Positions 50,504-63,063 of a stretch of 64,000 bases of DNA are shown here, in pieces (the stretch's first letter is position 1; every line of letters begins with the position of its first letter). Under the pieces are notes generated by a model. That model ran no database searches. It was given only the letters and a program-made list of their open reading frames with translations, and had not been told where the DNA came from. Source of the DNA: Macrostomum lignano (Eukaryota); contig NIVC01002989.1 in NCBI GenBank assembly GCA_002269645.1, forward strand, positions 63,004 through 127,003. The letters run 5' to 3'. The translations under genes and the position numbers were made by a program.

Positions 50504-51289
50504 CCGCAGACACCCCGGATTTACAACTGCGCGTAAATCATTAAGATTAACAACCTTGATTTTTAACAGGCAATTTCTTATATTTAAAGACAACGCGCAA
50601 ATAATACTATTTTTAAATTAAATGAGAGGAAAAATATGAAAATTAATTGACTCTTCTGTAGTAGTTGAATATATATGTATATTGAAGTATGAATTTAATT
50701 ATTATTTATGCAATATATTTAGAGACAAAACAGCTGATAACACGATCTTGAGTGTGTGCAATACGCATATTTACGCTATAGAGCTGGGGACACTAGATGA
50801 GTAGTATATAAAGGATATTAAAGAATGGCCATTCTCGTGTTAATAGATGTACAGAACGAAGTTTCAGATTCAATATTTTAAACAATCATACAGGCAGCAT
50901 GGAGAGACGACAGGTAAAATAATAATATTAATAAAAATAATAACGATAGGGGTCACTCCGGGTCAAATGTAAAATGAATTAGGCAACTGTGTAAAAATAA
51001 GAGTCAAAATGGTGATAAAGTAAATAATGCTTGATAATAAACTAATTAAGTAATTACATTAATTAAAAAGGACACCAATTGCAGAGTAATTACGCATAAT
51101 ATATACACAAACGTAAACAATAGATAAACATATGCCAGGGCTGTTGCCAAAGTACTTGAAATTTTAGCCACAACTCCATCTAGCCAACTTGCTGAGAGGA
51201 ATGCAGTGCAGTGCAGGCACCAATAACAATTGATTTCATCTACCCCAGTTGGGCGAAATAAGCAACCGACAGCTCAGCCGCAGCTATTG

Positions 51290-51519
51290 CGCGGCGCATC
51301 TGAAGGCTGCGTACGGCTGTTCAGTCCAAGGACTGGGGGGTCGCCACACACCATCAATTATCCCAGCGAATGCTGGCACCCATTTTACAGCTGGGTGAAC
51401 TGAAGCAATGCAGAGTTAAGTGCCTTGCTCAAGGACACAAATCGTTCCGAGTGGGATCGGGAATCGAACCCCCAACCTTCAAATCGTGAATCCGATGCTC
51501 TAGCCACTAGGCTACAGAC
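51290..51519 (-). mobile_element. tRNA-derived SINE with a conserved central domain, 3' boundary uncertain
   Basis: Minus strand reads gtagcctagtggctagagc (A box), ggttcgattccc (B box), then gtgtccttgagcaaggcacttaactc...cacccagctgtaaaatggg, which resembles the conserved cores of CORE/Deu/Meta-type SINEs. Confidence 0.75.
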
Positions 51520-52373
51520 CCTCTATGGGATCAAAGAAGATCCAACAGCACTTCAGTCTGGCAACAGTGACGGAGACAACTCAATTCACCACCATTCAAA
51601 GGAGTTGTGATTAAAATCTCAGCTCATCTGGATGTCCAAACTTGTGTGCAACAGACCTCATACTAATATTAATTAAAGCGCTATTTATCACTGTGCAGCA
51701 AGCAAAACAATCATACATCAATTATTAGGCATTCAATGAAACTCCCCAAAAAATGTTATCTTGCTGCCAACGAACTGACCGAGAGGACGCGGACGCCTAA
51801 GAAGATAGAAAAGATATATAACAGGAGAAATATAACAACAATCAGAGGAATATATACAATAGCTAATAGTTAATGAATTGACAAACAAACTAGGTAATCG
51901 CGTACTTCCCCCTTCAATAGCTTGCTAAGATGCCAAGGTCAATAACAATAAATCAAACTTCATTAACGCCAAGCAGAGCCTCTAGCGGCATCTGAAGCAA
52001 AACAGCCACTCTCCTGTGCACAAGCAACCAGCGATTCTGACATGAATAAAAACAGCAAGTAAAAAAAGATGGCTACAAACAAACACGAGAGACAGATATT
52101 AATGACAAAATCTCCCTTTGACAGGGGGGGGGGGAGTTGGAGCAGCAGAAACAAGAGGGAGAGGGAGGAGACAGGTCAATGCAGGGAGCAGCTGCCGATC
52201 AAAACACTTACAAAAAAAACGGTAAAGTAATGCAATATTACGTCCTTATAACAGTCTCCAGGGCGGGTAAGCGCGCTGAGTGAGTGAATGAGTCAGTATA
52301 ATATGTGCGCTGCTGACATTTCAAGACAATATCATCATGCAAAAACTAGTTAAAGCAGCAGATATAGAATAGC

Positions 52374-55300
52374 TTATACTTCCGCGTCAGCATCCTTGGG
52401 CCAGGTGATGTCGAGATTGTCAGACTCCGGATGCAGAGTGTAGAATCCAACCATGTCGGCGGCGGCAGCGGCGGCGGTCAAGGCGGATTTGCGCGAACTG
52501 GACGCCACGGCTCCCGTCGCGGCGGGGGGACTGGCGGAGGCGGCAGGCCCTGCAGCGGCACCGGCGGATGTAGCAGCGGTTCCGCCGCGACCGTGATGCC
52601 GGCAGTAGGTGTGGTCGGCGTAGGGCAGAGCGTAGGGCACGGGAGTGTCGGACCAGAGGCTGGCGGAGGTGGCTGCGGCCGGCTGCCTGGCAGCCCGGCC
52701 CGGCCCGGACGGCCGGACGGCGGCGGCTTTGCGACGTCGGCGACGACCTGCGGCGTTGAGCGCTAAGTCGAGCGTTACGCACTGGCGCATGCGGCAGCGC
52801 TGCCGCTCCAGCAGGCGATTCCTGCCGCCGTATTTCGGCATGTCCAAACAGAAGTCGCAGCGGCCGCAGTCGCTGACCCGAAGGCAGGGCGCGCACCGGC
52901 CGCAGCGTCTGGCAGCTGGGCCGTCGCCAGCGCCGCCAACGCCCAACCCATCGTCAATGTCGTCATCGTCCAAATCCGAGTCGTCGGAGTCGTCGTCGTC
53001 GTCGGAGATGCCGCGCCGATGATCGTCGTCGGTCTCGGTGGACGAAGCGGCCGAGGAGCGGCTGCGGCGCTCGGCGGGCAGCAGAGGTCCTCCGCCTGCG
53101 GCAGCCCGAAATCGTCTTCGTCCTCATCCTCATTGGCATTGGGCACCAGCGCTGGCATCGACGGCTGTTGCTGCTTCCGTGAGTTTTTTGTTGCCTGCTG
53201 TTGTTGTTGCTGCTGCTTGCCGGCACTGGCGGCCCGGCGGCCGCGCTTCTTGGGCTCACCAGCCGGAGCGGCGGCGTTAGAAGCGGCAGCAACTGCAGCG
53301 GCCTGTTTAGAAGTTGAATCGGTGGTCGCCGCCGATTTTCTCTTTCTTCCTCTGGCTGGCGGAGTCGGCGCCGATGCCGCTGCTGCCGCCTCGGATGCCC
53401 GCTTGCGCTTGGCTGCTGGCTGGCCGCTGTGATTAGCGCCGGATTTTGAAGCCTTCGCAGAACTGGCCGCGGCGGTTTTCTTGTCCTCGGAGCCGGCCTG
53501 CTGGGACTGGCCGCGCTTCCGGGAGGCTGAGCCAGTCTGAGCGACGGCAACCGGCGCCCGGCCTTTCTTATACTGAATAGCCAAGCCCGGATGCTTTTTC
53601 AAGCACTTTGAGCAATAGAACTTGTTAATAGCGGCCGCGTCCTTCGAGCTGACCCCGATGCAGTCGCCGTGGTACCACTCCTCGCATTTGTCGCAGGCGA
53701 TCATAAATCTGTCAATGTCGGTAGATCGGCACACGCACCAGGCCTGCAGGTCGCTAGAGGCTGAGGAGGCCGACTTCTTTTTTGAAGCGGCTGTACCGCC
53801 GCCGCCGCTCTGTTGCCGCTGCTTGCTGGCAGCGCCGCGTTTCTAAGAAAAGGGAGAAGCGAAGGACATTATGAAGCTGTAGAGTTGAGGAGATATCTAA
53901 TGAGACAATTGAGCCACTATTTGCATAGTTTACCTAAAAACTTTATTAGAATTGTCCATTAAAAACAATCAAGAAGTGTTTTGATTGTTACAGAACATAA
54001 CTATTAGACCAAAGAAAAATTATTACTTAAGGAAAAAAGGACAATCAATTAAGGATTTGTTTATCTTTTAACTAAGTTGCATAGCTGGTGTTATTTAACA
54101 GGTTGTGCACATGTAATGACCTAGTAATAATTCACAACCATAGGTTATTGTGATGCAATGCCAGAACCAGTATTATCCAATAAAAAGCAGGCCTATAAGA
54201 ACATTAATAATACAACTGTACTTTTTACTGTACAGAGACTAATAAGATTTTAAAGTTACTTTTTGTGTTTTTATTGCATTTGATAACTGTTATGTGCCTA
54301 AGTAAAAAGACACTCCTACTTTTGAATATTGGTAAATATAATTTATTGATACAAAAGGGTCTAATACAACTAAAATAGCCAAAACCTTTACAACAAAACA
54401 ATAATAGCAAGTCCTAATTCTAGAACAGTGTTCCCACTCAGCAACCTTCATTTTTTTGTGCCAAGCCATTCATTTTTGCGCCATGGATATTTTTTGCACC
54501 ACTATCACTCTTTACCTCTAAGGCTATAATGTAGTATGATGCCCATTGAGACATTAAAAACACTCAAATACCTAATATTCATGCATCTCAATCATAAATC
54601 ATCCAATTTTTGATGAGATAAAACACTACAACTTGGCAAAAAATGGGTCAAAAAATGGCAACAACAGCATGGGCATCAGACTATTAATTTCTCTAAATCA
54701 AAATTGCAATTATAAAACATATTAGTTTCTAAAAAAGCATCCAAAAATGCGGAAAAGGGTTACAATTTAGGCACAAATTTTCCACATTTTTAGATTTGCA
54801 TTGAACTTTATTAATTATGCATTCACGCCATATTGCCTCATTTTCAGGCATGGTACAAATTTGTGCCAAAGTGGGAACACTGCTCTAGAATACATAAGAA
54901 AGGCTATAAAAATAGATTTGTAATTATAATTAAGCATATTAAAGGTTGGTACTTGACTAGGGGTAACAAAAACTAATCTTATTAAAGACTAATAATTTAG
55001 TAGGATTTTTAAAGTTATTTTTAAGTATTTTTTCTATTTTATTTGATTTTAGTGGCTGTGGAGGCAATAAAGCTAACCTAAAAAGTAAAAAAAGATTTTG
55101 CAAAAGTTTTAAGCATATATATTATCAAAGACTGGTTAAAAATTAAAAAATTATATCGACTTTACATTCCAGTATCAGGAATATATGCTTATATACCACT
55201 GTACACTAAAATAAAATTTCCCTTCCTACGACCTAGCTTCTATATGCAAATGGACTTAAGCAAATTTAGCAAAAATCTTGTCAAATTAGGAAATAGAATA

Positions 55301-56959
55301 ATTCAATCTAATCTATAGCTTATTAATTCTTTTGGTACAATGGCACTTATATGACAATGCATATATATATTAAATTTCCTTTTCAATCAAGTTTGTTTTA
55401 TGTATTATTTATCCAGTACTTTTTAAATATGCTTTAGTTTCTTAGATATGTTTGTTTCATTCTTAACGATGCATGATGTCTATTTTAATCAAACATTTTT
55501 CTATCAAATGTCATGTAAGAGTTTAGTAGCTAGAGTCTTAAGGCATCTCTTTGCCATAGAAATCTAAATGTATCAATTGATAGTACTTCTATTCTGATTT
55601 ACATTTTTTGCAACAGAAATACACTCATGCCCACCTTATACTTAAGTTTAAGTCATGTGTTACACTATTAACAAAGGGAATAGGGGTTGGTCTAATAGAA
55701 AGCTTATATTTAAAGCCTTGGTTATAATCAATAAATCTGACTTAAAAGCCTTGTTGCTGAATTTGCTAGATTGTTGCCGAATTTACTTTCAACAAATTTG
55801 TTGTATTAAAATTGTTAAAATGTTTAATTTGTTGAGTATATCAAATTTCTATTGCCAAATTTGTTTATTACCAAATTTGCATATATCTATAATAAGGTTA
55901 TTAGCATCTTAAATTTTTAGGTTTTATTGAAGTTTATATTGCTAAAAATTATTGTAGTTTATTTAATTCTAAGTTCTTCAAGTATTAATTCAATGCAATT
56001 TATTTAGAAAAATATTACTTCTATACCATTTATTTAAATCTAGGTTATTTTTACATTTTTGATAGTCATCTTAGGTTTAAGGTTTAGCCTTCTAAACCTA
56101 ATAATTTTAAATTTAGAGGTTATGCTTTTCAAAATAATTATGTTTTAGTATCACAATTGATAGTTTTAAAAAGCCACAATGTCATAGACTCATCGCCATA
56201 GAACATGGATACCACACTTTGGATCATGTAATATACACAAAAAAATTGGACATGTATTGGCCTTGCATGCCAAAAGTAGTTGTGCACCATTGGTGTGCAT
56301 CACTCCTAAGAAAATAGTATGCGTGCACACCTAGCATATGGACTTAATAAAATCATGCAAAAGAGCTATTGTGAAGTAGAAAAAAGATGATAACAAAATA
56401 GCTAAACAAATATTTGCATGTATTGAATTTCCACTGTAAATACTATCTCCAAATAAGCATAAAAAATCTAAATATTTGCCAAAAAGGGTTTATTATGCAA
56501 CTTAAAAAAAGTCTTTTATTGTCACAATGTCAAAGTCATTAATTGTTGCAACACTGACATAGTTTTGAGAATGGGCGTGCACTCAATTTTTTTGGCATGC
56601 ATTTGTAGTTATTGAATTTTTGTTTGGGCGTGCACCCAGCATGATCCGGACTATGGCATAGATAGGCCCTATGATTAAAAATAGAAAAATTAAGTTTGAG
56701 CGAAGTGGGAGTCAGAAAATCGCATAGCAATTATATTTGCTACACAGAAATATACAAAATGACAGGAGACAAAATAAAAAGTGCTTACAGGTTTAACATG
56801 GTTTGCAATAATTAAATTCTCGGACGGATCCTCTTTCTTAGTGGACTTTTTACTCGCTTTTGTGTTGTCCTGATTCTTTGCTCGAGTTGGTACTGTATTG
56901 TCCTTGGCATTTTTAGTTGGACTTCTAGATTTATTGTTTCGAGAGCTTGATCGAGTCAT
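52374..56959 (-). CDS. CXXC1: CFP1/CXXC1-like PHD finger plus CXXC zinc-finger protein. Exon 56789..56959, then exon 53842..~52380 with a 1-nt frameshift near 53110
   Basis: PHD: WCVCRSTDIDRFMIACDKCEEWYHGDCIG...FYCSKC. CXXC: RRCGRCAPCLRVSDCGRCDFCLDMPKYGG...CRMRQC. ATG at 56959, donor CCT|gtaagc, acceptor ttttcttag|AAA, both phase 0. Confidence 0.8.
54426..54882. mobile_element. hAT (Charlie-like) MITE, 457 bp, in the CFP1-like intron
   Basis: TIRs cagtgttcccact ... agtgggaacactg. 8-bp TSD ttctagaa / ctctagaa, matching the nTCTAGAn preference of Charlie-type hATs. Confidence 0.85.
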
Positions 56960-57633
56960 TTTTACTTGATAATAATAAAAAACTGATAAAACATACCTAA
57001 AAGTAAAAGTATCACTTAAGATTTGTATAATACATCTGTAACAGCATTGTGCAGAAACAGAAACGGTAGAGTAAATTCTAACAATTACAAGTTTTGAATA
57101 AAAACACCTGCATTGGTTAGAAGACGTTGATATTTTTTAAAGTCGTTATTTACGATTACTTTAACGTTCTTTGCTTGATCAAAATAATATTAGAGCAAAG
57201 CTAAAAATAAGAACAATAAAGGTCTTTAAAAATTCAAAATTCAGATTGCAAAAAGGAGACCTTTTTATAATATCAGAATATATCACCAATATGCTCTTAC
57301 AAGCACAGGTACATGCATGCGTTTTCCGGCAGTGAAGCACAGATGCATGCATAAAGTCTAATTTTTGAACGGTCCTGCGTCCCTAAGGATTATGGCAACC
57401 GTGAACGAGTTAGGTAGTGACTTCAATTTTTTTCGACCAGCTGTTGCCTCTTATTGCATCGATGTAAAGCCGACGTATAACGTTTTTAATTGTCGGAAAA
57501 TGAAAAAATACTTGCTTTTAATTGGCCATTCAGCAAAATTAACATTAATATATATTACGCTGAATGCGTCGCCTGACGTCGGATTTCTTTACGGGGTGCT
57601 TCAATTCTGTACCATACAGGCATTCACATATAT

Positions 57634-59140
57634 AACAACAACAACAACAGAGTACGCTGTCAGTTCGCAAAAGCAGCGTCAGATGGCGCGCTTCGAAGCT
57701 TGGGCGCGAACAAAGGCCGCACCGCCGGCAGAGTCCGGGGCGCCGGCGTCAGCCAGCAGACAGTCGACGTAGCGCCGAGTCCTCGCCTGTCCCCGCCGGT
57801 AGGGTGCCTGCAACGTAAGTAGGAGCACCTCCTGCACCGGCTCCGGACAGTAGGCCTCAGCGCGGATGACGTGGCCTGCCAGCTGGAGTCGCCGACGGCG
57901 CAGCAGATCGCTAGGACGGGCCAGGCCGGCGCGATGATAGAGCGCCGTGTTGGTGACTCGCTCGTTGCCGATCTTGAAGGCGGCGCGCAGCAGGCCAGCG
58001 TGCGCCGCGTCGACTTGAGCCTCGAGCGAGTCTGTCAGCGTCCAGGTCTCGGCGTTGTATAACAGGACGGTCTCGATCACCGCCTGGAACAGCGCCGCCC
58101 TGGAACAGCGGCGGTCCGGTAGGGCCTCGGACTGCAGGACTGACCTTATAGAACGAAAGGCAGCCCAGGCAAGTCCTCGGCGACGCCGCAGATCCTCGCG
58201 GACGTCGGGAACCAGACCGCCAAGGTAGACGAACTGCTGGCATCTTGGAAGCTCACTCGCCTGTCCGTTAGCGCCTCGGCAGAAGATTGCAGCCTCGGTG
58301 TCGTCCGGCACGCATAGCACGACGGTTTTCTGCGTGTTGACCACCAGGCCGACGCTCGCCGCAACGGCAACCAGCCTATCCAGCTGTCGTTGGGCGCCCT
58401 TGACGGTCGAGGACAGCAGGGCAAGGTCATCGGCGTAGCCAAGCACGCTGAGCCGTCTCTCCGGTTGGCGTCGACCCACGCGTCGCCGCAGCAGGAAGCC
58501 GTCGTCGTTGGAAGGCAGAGCAGTCCGTAGCACCCAGTCAAGCACCAGAATAAATAGGAACGGCGCTAGCGTATCTCCCCAGAGCACCCCGGAGGATGTC
58601 TCGAAGAAATCCGATAGGCCGTCCGGTGTTGAGACAGCAGCCGTCGTGCCGTGGTACAGCGCCATGACAGCAGAAATCAGCAGCTCTGGCACGTTGTACG
58701 CACGGAGCACCTCTGGGAGCGCGTCCCTCACGACCGAGTCAAAGGCCTTCCTGAAATCGACGAAGATCAGGATTAGGGTCAACTGGCGGATGTGCGCCTC
58801 CTCGATGACTCGCCGAAGAGCCAGGATCTGCGTCACTGTGCCGCGATGGGGCCGGAATCCGTTCTGCTCAGGCCGCAGGTAGGGGTCCAGCACAGGCTGT
58901 AACCGCGATAGCAGCATGTGGTTGAACAGCTTCGCGGCGCAGGACTGTAGGCAGATGCCTCGATGCTCCTCGAGCTTGGTGGTGCCCGGCTTCTTTGGAA
59001 TGGCGACGATGTGCGCCGTGGTCCATTCGTTTGGCGCCACCTCACCGGAAAGCACGCGGTTCATCACTCTGGCGACCTCAGTGGCCACGCAGTGGATCCG
59101 CAGCGCCTCGGTGGGTAGTGACGAGCGCCTCGGTGGGTAG
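57634..59140 (-). mobile_element. 5'-truncated RTE-type non-LTR retrotransposon (reverse transcriptase ORF 57679..~59110)
   Basis: RT motifs IPKK, RGI.L, QNGFR, FVDFRKAFDSV, GV.xGDTLAP.LF, YADD and YLGG. The (GTT)n 3' tail at 57634..57648 is typical of RTE elements. Confidence 0.92.
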
Positions 59141-59516
59141 CAATATATGTTGCACATCTACACATTTTACATGTACCAAGAAGGACCAATCTGTAGTAAC
59201 TGCAGGATCGACGTACGTAAAACTCAAAGATCGTGTAAATTTTTACGAGGTTGATAATCCGGGAAAAAACACTGTGGAGACGACAGGAAAAATCAATTTT
59301 TTTCATCCCAAAATCTATGATTGAATTTGATCTGAGGCAGTGAATATTAATTACCATTTTAGCGTGCACATGTTGATATAGTTGTGCAGTGTGAGAAGTT
59401 TCATTTTTATATTTTTTCATCGCCCAAGCCAAGTTGAGGATACGATCACAAGTGAAATTTTTGTTTTGTTCCTCAAGAAGCATGCAGCAAAACTTAAAAA
59501 TGAAACTTTCAGTCTA

Positions 59517-59982
59517 CACAACAACAACAACATGAAACAACAACAACAACAATAACAACAACAACAACAAAGTCTATTTGTCAGCCAAGTCAAGCGTCTC
59601 GGGATGATGTGACCTACTACTAGTTGCTAGCTGGAGTCGCCGACGGCGCAACAGGCCGGTGCGGCGATGGAGTGCCGCATTGGTGATATGCTCGTAGCCG
59701 ATCTATAGGCGGCGCGCAGCAGGCCAGCGTACGCCGCATCGACCTTGCTGTTCGAACGCATCCGTCAGCGTTCCAAGGTCTCGTCGTTATACAACAGGAC
59801 GGTCTCGATCACCGCCTGGAACAACGCCGCTCTCTGGCGGTCAGGCAGGACCTCGGACTGCAAGCCGTCCGGAACGGAAGGCAGGCCAGGAAATTCTACG
59901 CGGCGACGACGTCGCAAGTCCTCACGAACATCTGCTGGCCCCAGACCGCCGAGGTAGACGAACTGCTGACAGCGCGAAGCTC
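59517..59982 (-). mobile_element. Degenerate second fragment of the same RTE family
   Basis: 59628..59982 mirrors 57885..58260 (for example gctggagtcgccgacggcgca and caggacggtctcgatcaccgcctggaaca) with indels. An (AAC)n tract lies at 59517..59570. Confidence 0.8.
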
Positions 59983-61611
59983 GTCACTACAAAACTATAT
60001 AATATACAACACATTAACATGTCGTGAAATATGTTAAATTAAAGAAATGGTCATATCCTCAATCCTCGATCCTCAATTGCAATCATTGGTTTTGTGATTA
60101 ACATTTTTTCCTATCTTCAGAGTATATTTTTCCAGTAAACCGTCTTAAAACTTTACACGATATTCGAGTTACGTCCTGTTATGCTACAGTGAGTGCTCCT
60201 TGAGTGTTACACGTGCACATGTGTAAAGTCCACCGCGAGACAGAAGCAGCCAGGGTAAGGGGAGCTGCAACTCCCAATATATAGGCTGATAAAAATTATG
60301 GCGCCCATTCACGACATCTGCAGGTGCTGGTCGCACCCCCGTGTTGACGATCTCGATACTTTATTTAATTTAACGTACACGTACATATGGAAGATGTGTA
60401 CAGATGCTATGGCTGCTGTCATGCTCTTCCACTGACTACATCGTCTGTTTTTTTGTTTAAATACTGTACATATTTATTTTTGTTAGACGTGAATGTGATA
60501 TAATTTACATTTCAGTACATGTCAATGAAACAAAAACACACAATATATCTGCAGTTTCACAAAACCGCGGCCGGATTTGCAGGTAAAATTGAGAATAATC
60601 AATTTTAAAGAAGGATTAAGCTACTTTAGAAATTTCAGGCTCAAATATATCACTCTGTTAAACATCGATTCCATGATTTAATGTACGGTGTGTGCAAAAA
60701 TGTCAAGTTCCCTTTTTAATTGTTCTGCATTTTTGTAAATTGAACCAAACAGAGCTGAGAGAAGATTTTGATTGTACTTCAAAAGCAAATCTTTTCTTGG
60801 AATGCAATGTACAGGCGCTCTTATCTAAAGAAATGGCGCTGCATATATTTGATCAAAATTAATTTATACACAAGATTAACAACACGTATACTCTACTTAC
60901 AGTAATACGGTATGAAAATCTGCAAAGCTTACACAGTTTTGGCAGTACAAAAATTAACAAAATTTGCGAAAAATATATTTAGTTGTAGATTAATTTGCTG
61001 ATTTTATTCATACGGCAATTTTAAATTACGAAAATTCTACTGAATGTAACGTTGATTACTTGAGAAAATATTAAATTAATACTAACCATTTTATTTGTAC
61101 CTGCTTGACTAGCTATTATCTGGAGGTTTAATCTCTGGATTAACTCTCAGTGGCTCAGGGAGCCTAAAATATGAGATTGGAGGCAATCCAAAACGACATT
61201 AACTGACACAGTTAGCTCGTAGTTACATAGTAAAAAATAGACATGCGTAGCAACATGTAACGCTTCATAAGTATGTAAATTGATTTGAAGGCCGATCGAT
61301 TTCTTTGAGAAAAGCTATCGTTTCACAAGTTATGAAACCGCCATCCATAGTTACAGGCCAATAAAATTTAGATAGTTTGGGTCATATACAACGGTTTAAA
61401 ACTCGTCCTAAATTATTAAAAATGACTTTGAGAAGTTACGGAAGGTCATTTCAACCAGGTACTGATCTTACTAATGCATTTTGTAGTCAAAAATCGGCCT
61501 TCAAATATTTACCATGAATTAAGAAATGTAGTCGAGTGTTAAAAATTACTAAAAATAGTAGTAGTAGTCTTTAAAGAAATCAACTATCATTCGAACCTGT
61601 GAGTTTGCCAG

Positions 61612-62600
61612 CTGGACTTGCAACAATGTGAATACCGTGTTCCTGAAGCACCTGCTCCACAATCACGTGATTGTTGGCCGGGTGCTCACAATGCGCTCTG
61701 GCAGGTCGCCTCCTATACCGGCTGATGTGCGGCTGCCAAACTGCAAAGTTGAGAACTTCTTTTTTATAAATTTTATAAAATACACATCGCACTTTGTGAC
61801 AGGTACTGAGAGACTACATGGCACTCTGTGACAGGCACACTGAGAGGCTGAATCACACTCTGTGACAGGCACACTGAGAGGCTGAATCACACTCTGTGAC
61901 AGGCACACTGAGAGACTGAATCACACTCTGTGACAGGCACACTGAGAGCTGAATCACACTCTGTGACAGGCACACTGAGAGGCTGAATCACACTCTGTGA
62001 CAGGCACACTGAGAGGCTGAATCACACTCTGTGACAGGCACACTGAGAGGCTGAATCACACTCTGTGACAGGCACACTGAGAGGCTGAATCACACTCTGT
62101 GACAGGCACACTGAGAGCTGACATGGCACTCTGTGACAGGCACACTGAGAGGCTGAATCACACTCTGTGACAGGCACACTGAGAGGCTGAATCACACTCT
62201 GTGACAGGCACACTGAGAGGCTGAATCACACTCTGTGACAGGCACACTGAGAGGCTGAATCACACTCTGTGACAGGCACACTGAGAGGCTGAATCACACT
62301 CTGTGACAGGCACACTGAGAGGCTGAATCACACTCTGTGACAGGCACACTGAGAGGCTGAATCACACTCTGTGACAGGCACACTGAGAGGCTGAATCACA
62401 CTCTGTGACAGGCACACTGAGAGACTGAATCACACTCTGTGACAGGCACACTGAGAGGCTGAATCACACTCTGTGACAGGCACACTGAGAGGCTGAATCA
62501 CACTCTGTGACAGGCACACTGAGAGACTGCATAACATTCTGAGACAACCTACAGGAACTTCATCAACAAAAACTACATAAAAAGTGTTGTGGGTTGGTGA
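61612..62600 (+). CDS. Candidate exon pair 61612..61704 and 62555..62600 of an unidentified gene
   Basis: tttgccag|(c)WTCNNVNTVFLKHLLHNHVIVGRVLTMRSG(ag)|gt and cctacag|(g)NFINKNYIKSVVGW*. Phases match across the 34-bp satellite. Confidence 0.3.
61790..62528. repeat. 34-bp minisatellite
   Basis: Unit cactctgtgacaggcacactgagaggctgaatca. Confidence 0.95.
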
Positions 62601-63063
62601 TATCTGCAGCACTTTCAATACTCTTATTATTCTATGATCTGGATTTATTGAGTTCATTATTTTTACAATCAGCGTCTACTTTGTTTTATTTGCGCGTATA
62701 CAAATTTTTTATTACTAAATTGAATGCTGCGAAATCTATAGGCCATAAAAACACCCACTTATTTGAGCATGATTTACAATTGTCTGATATAATACATATC
62801 TTATTATACTATCGGAATACTTTTATAAGAAGGGAGAAGGGTAATACTCTACTCTAGCATTGTAATTTATATATATATATATATGAGCTCAGGCTAACCG
62901 CTCACAATTCCCACAGTCTCCCATCTTCCCCGTCTAGCTTATAAGTAAACCAGTAACTAAAATATGGCATATTTGAAGCCTTTATAAGTTTGCTCACACT
63001 GCACTACTTTGCTCACACGCTCTGCACAGACGGCGGAATTTGAAGAGCCAAGTCAGTAATTCA

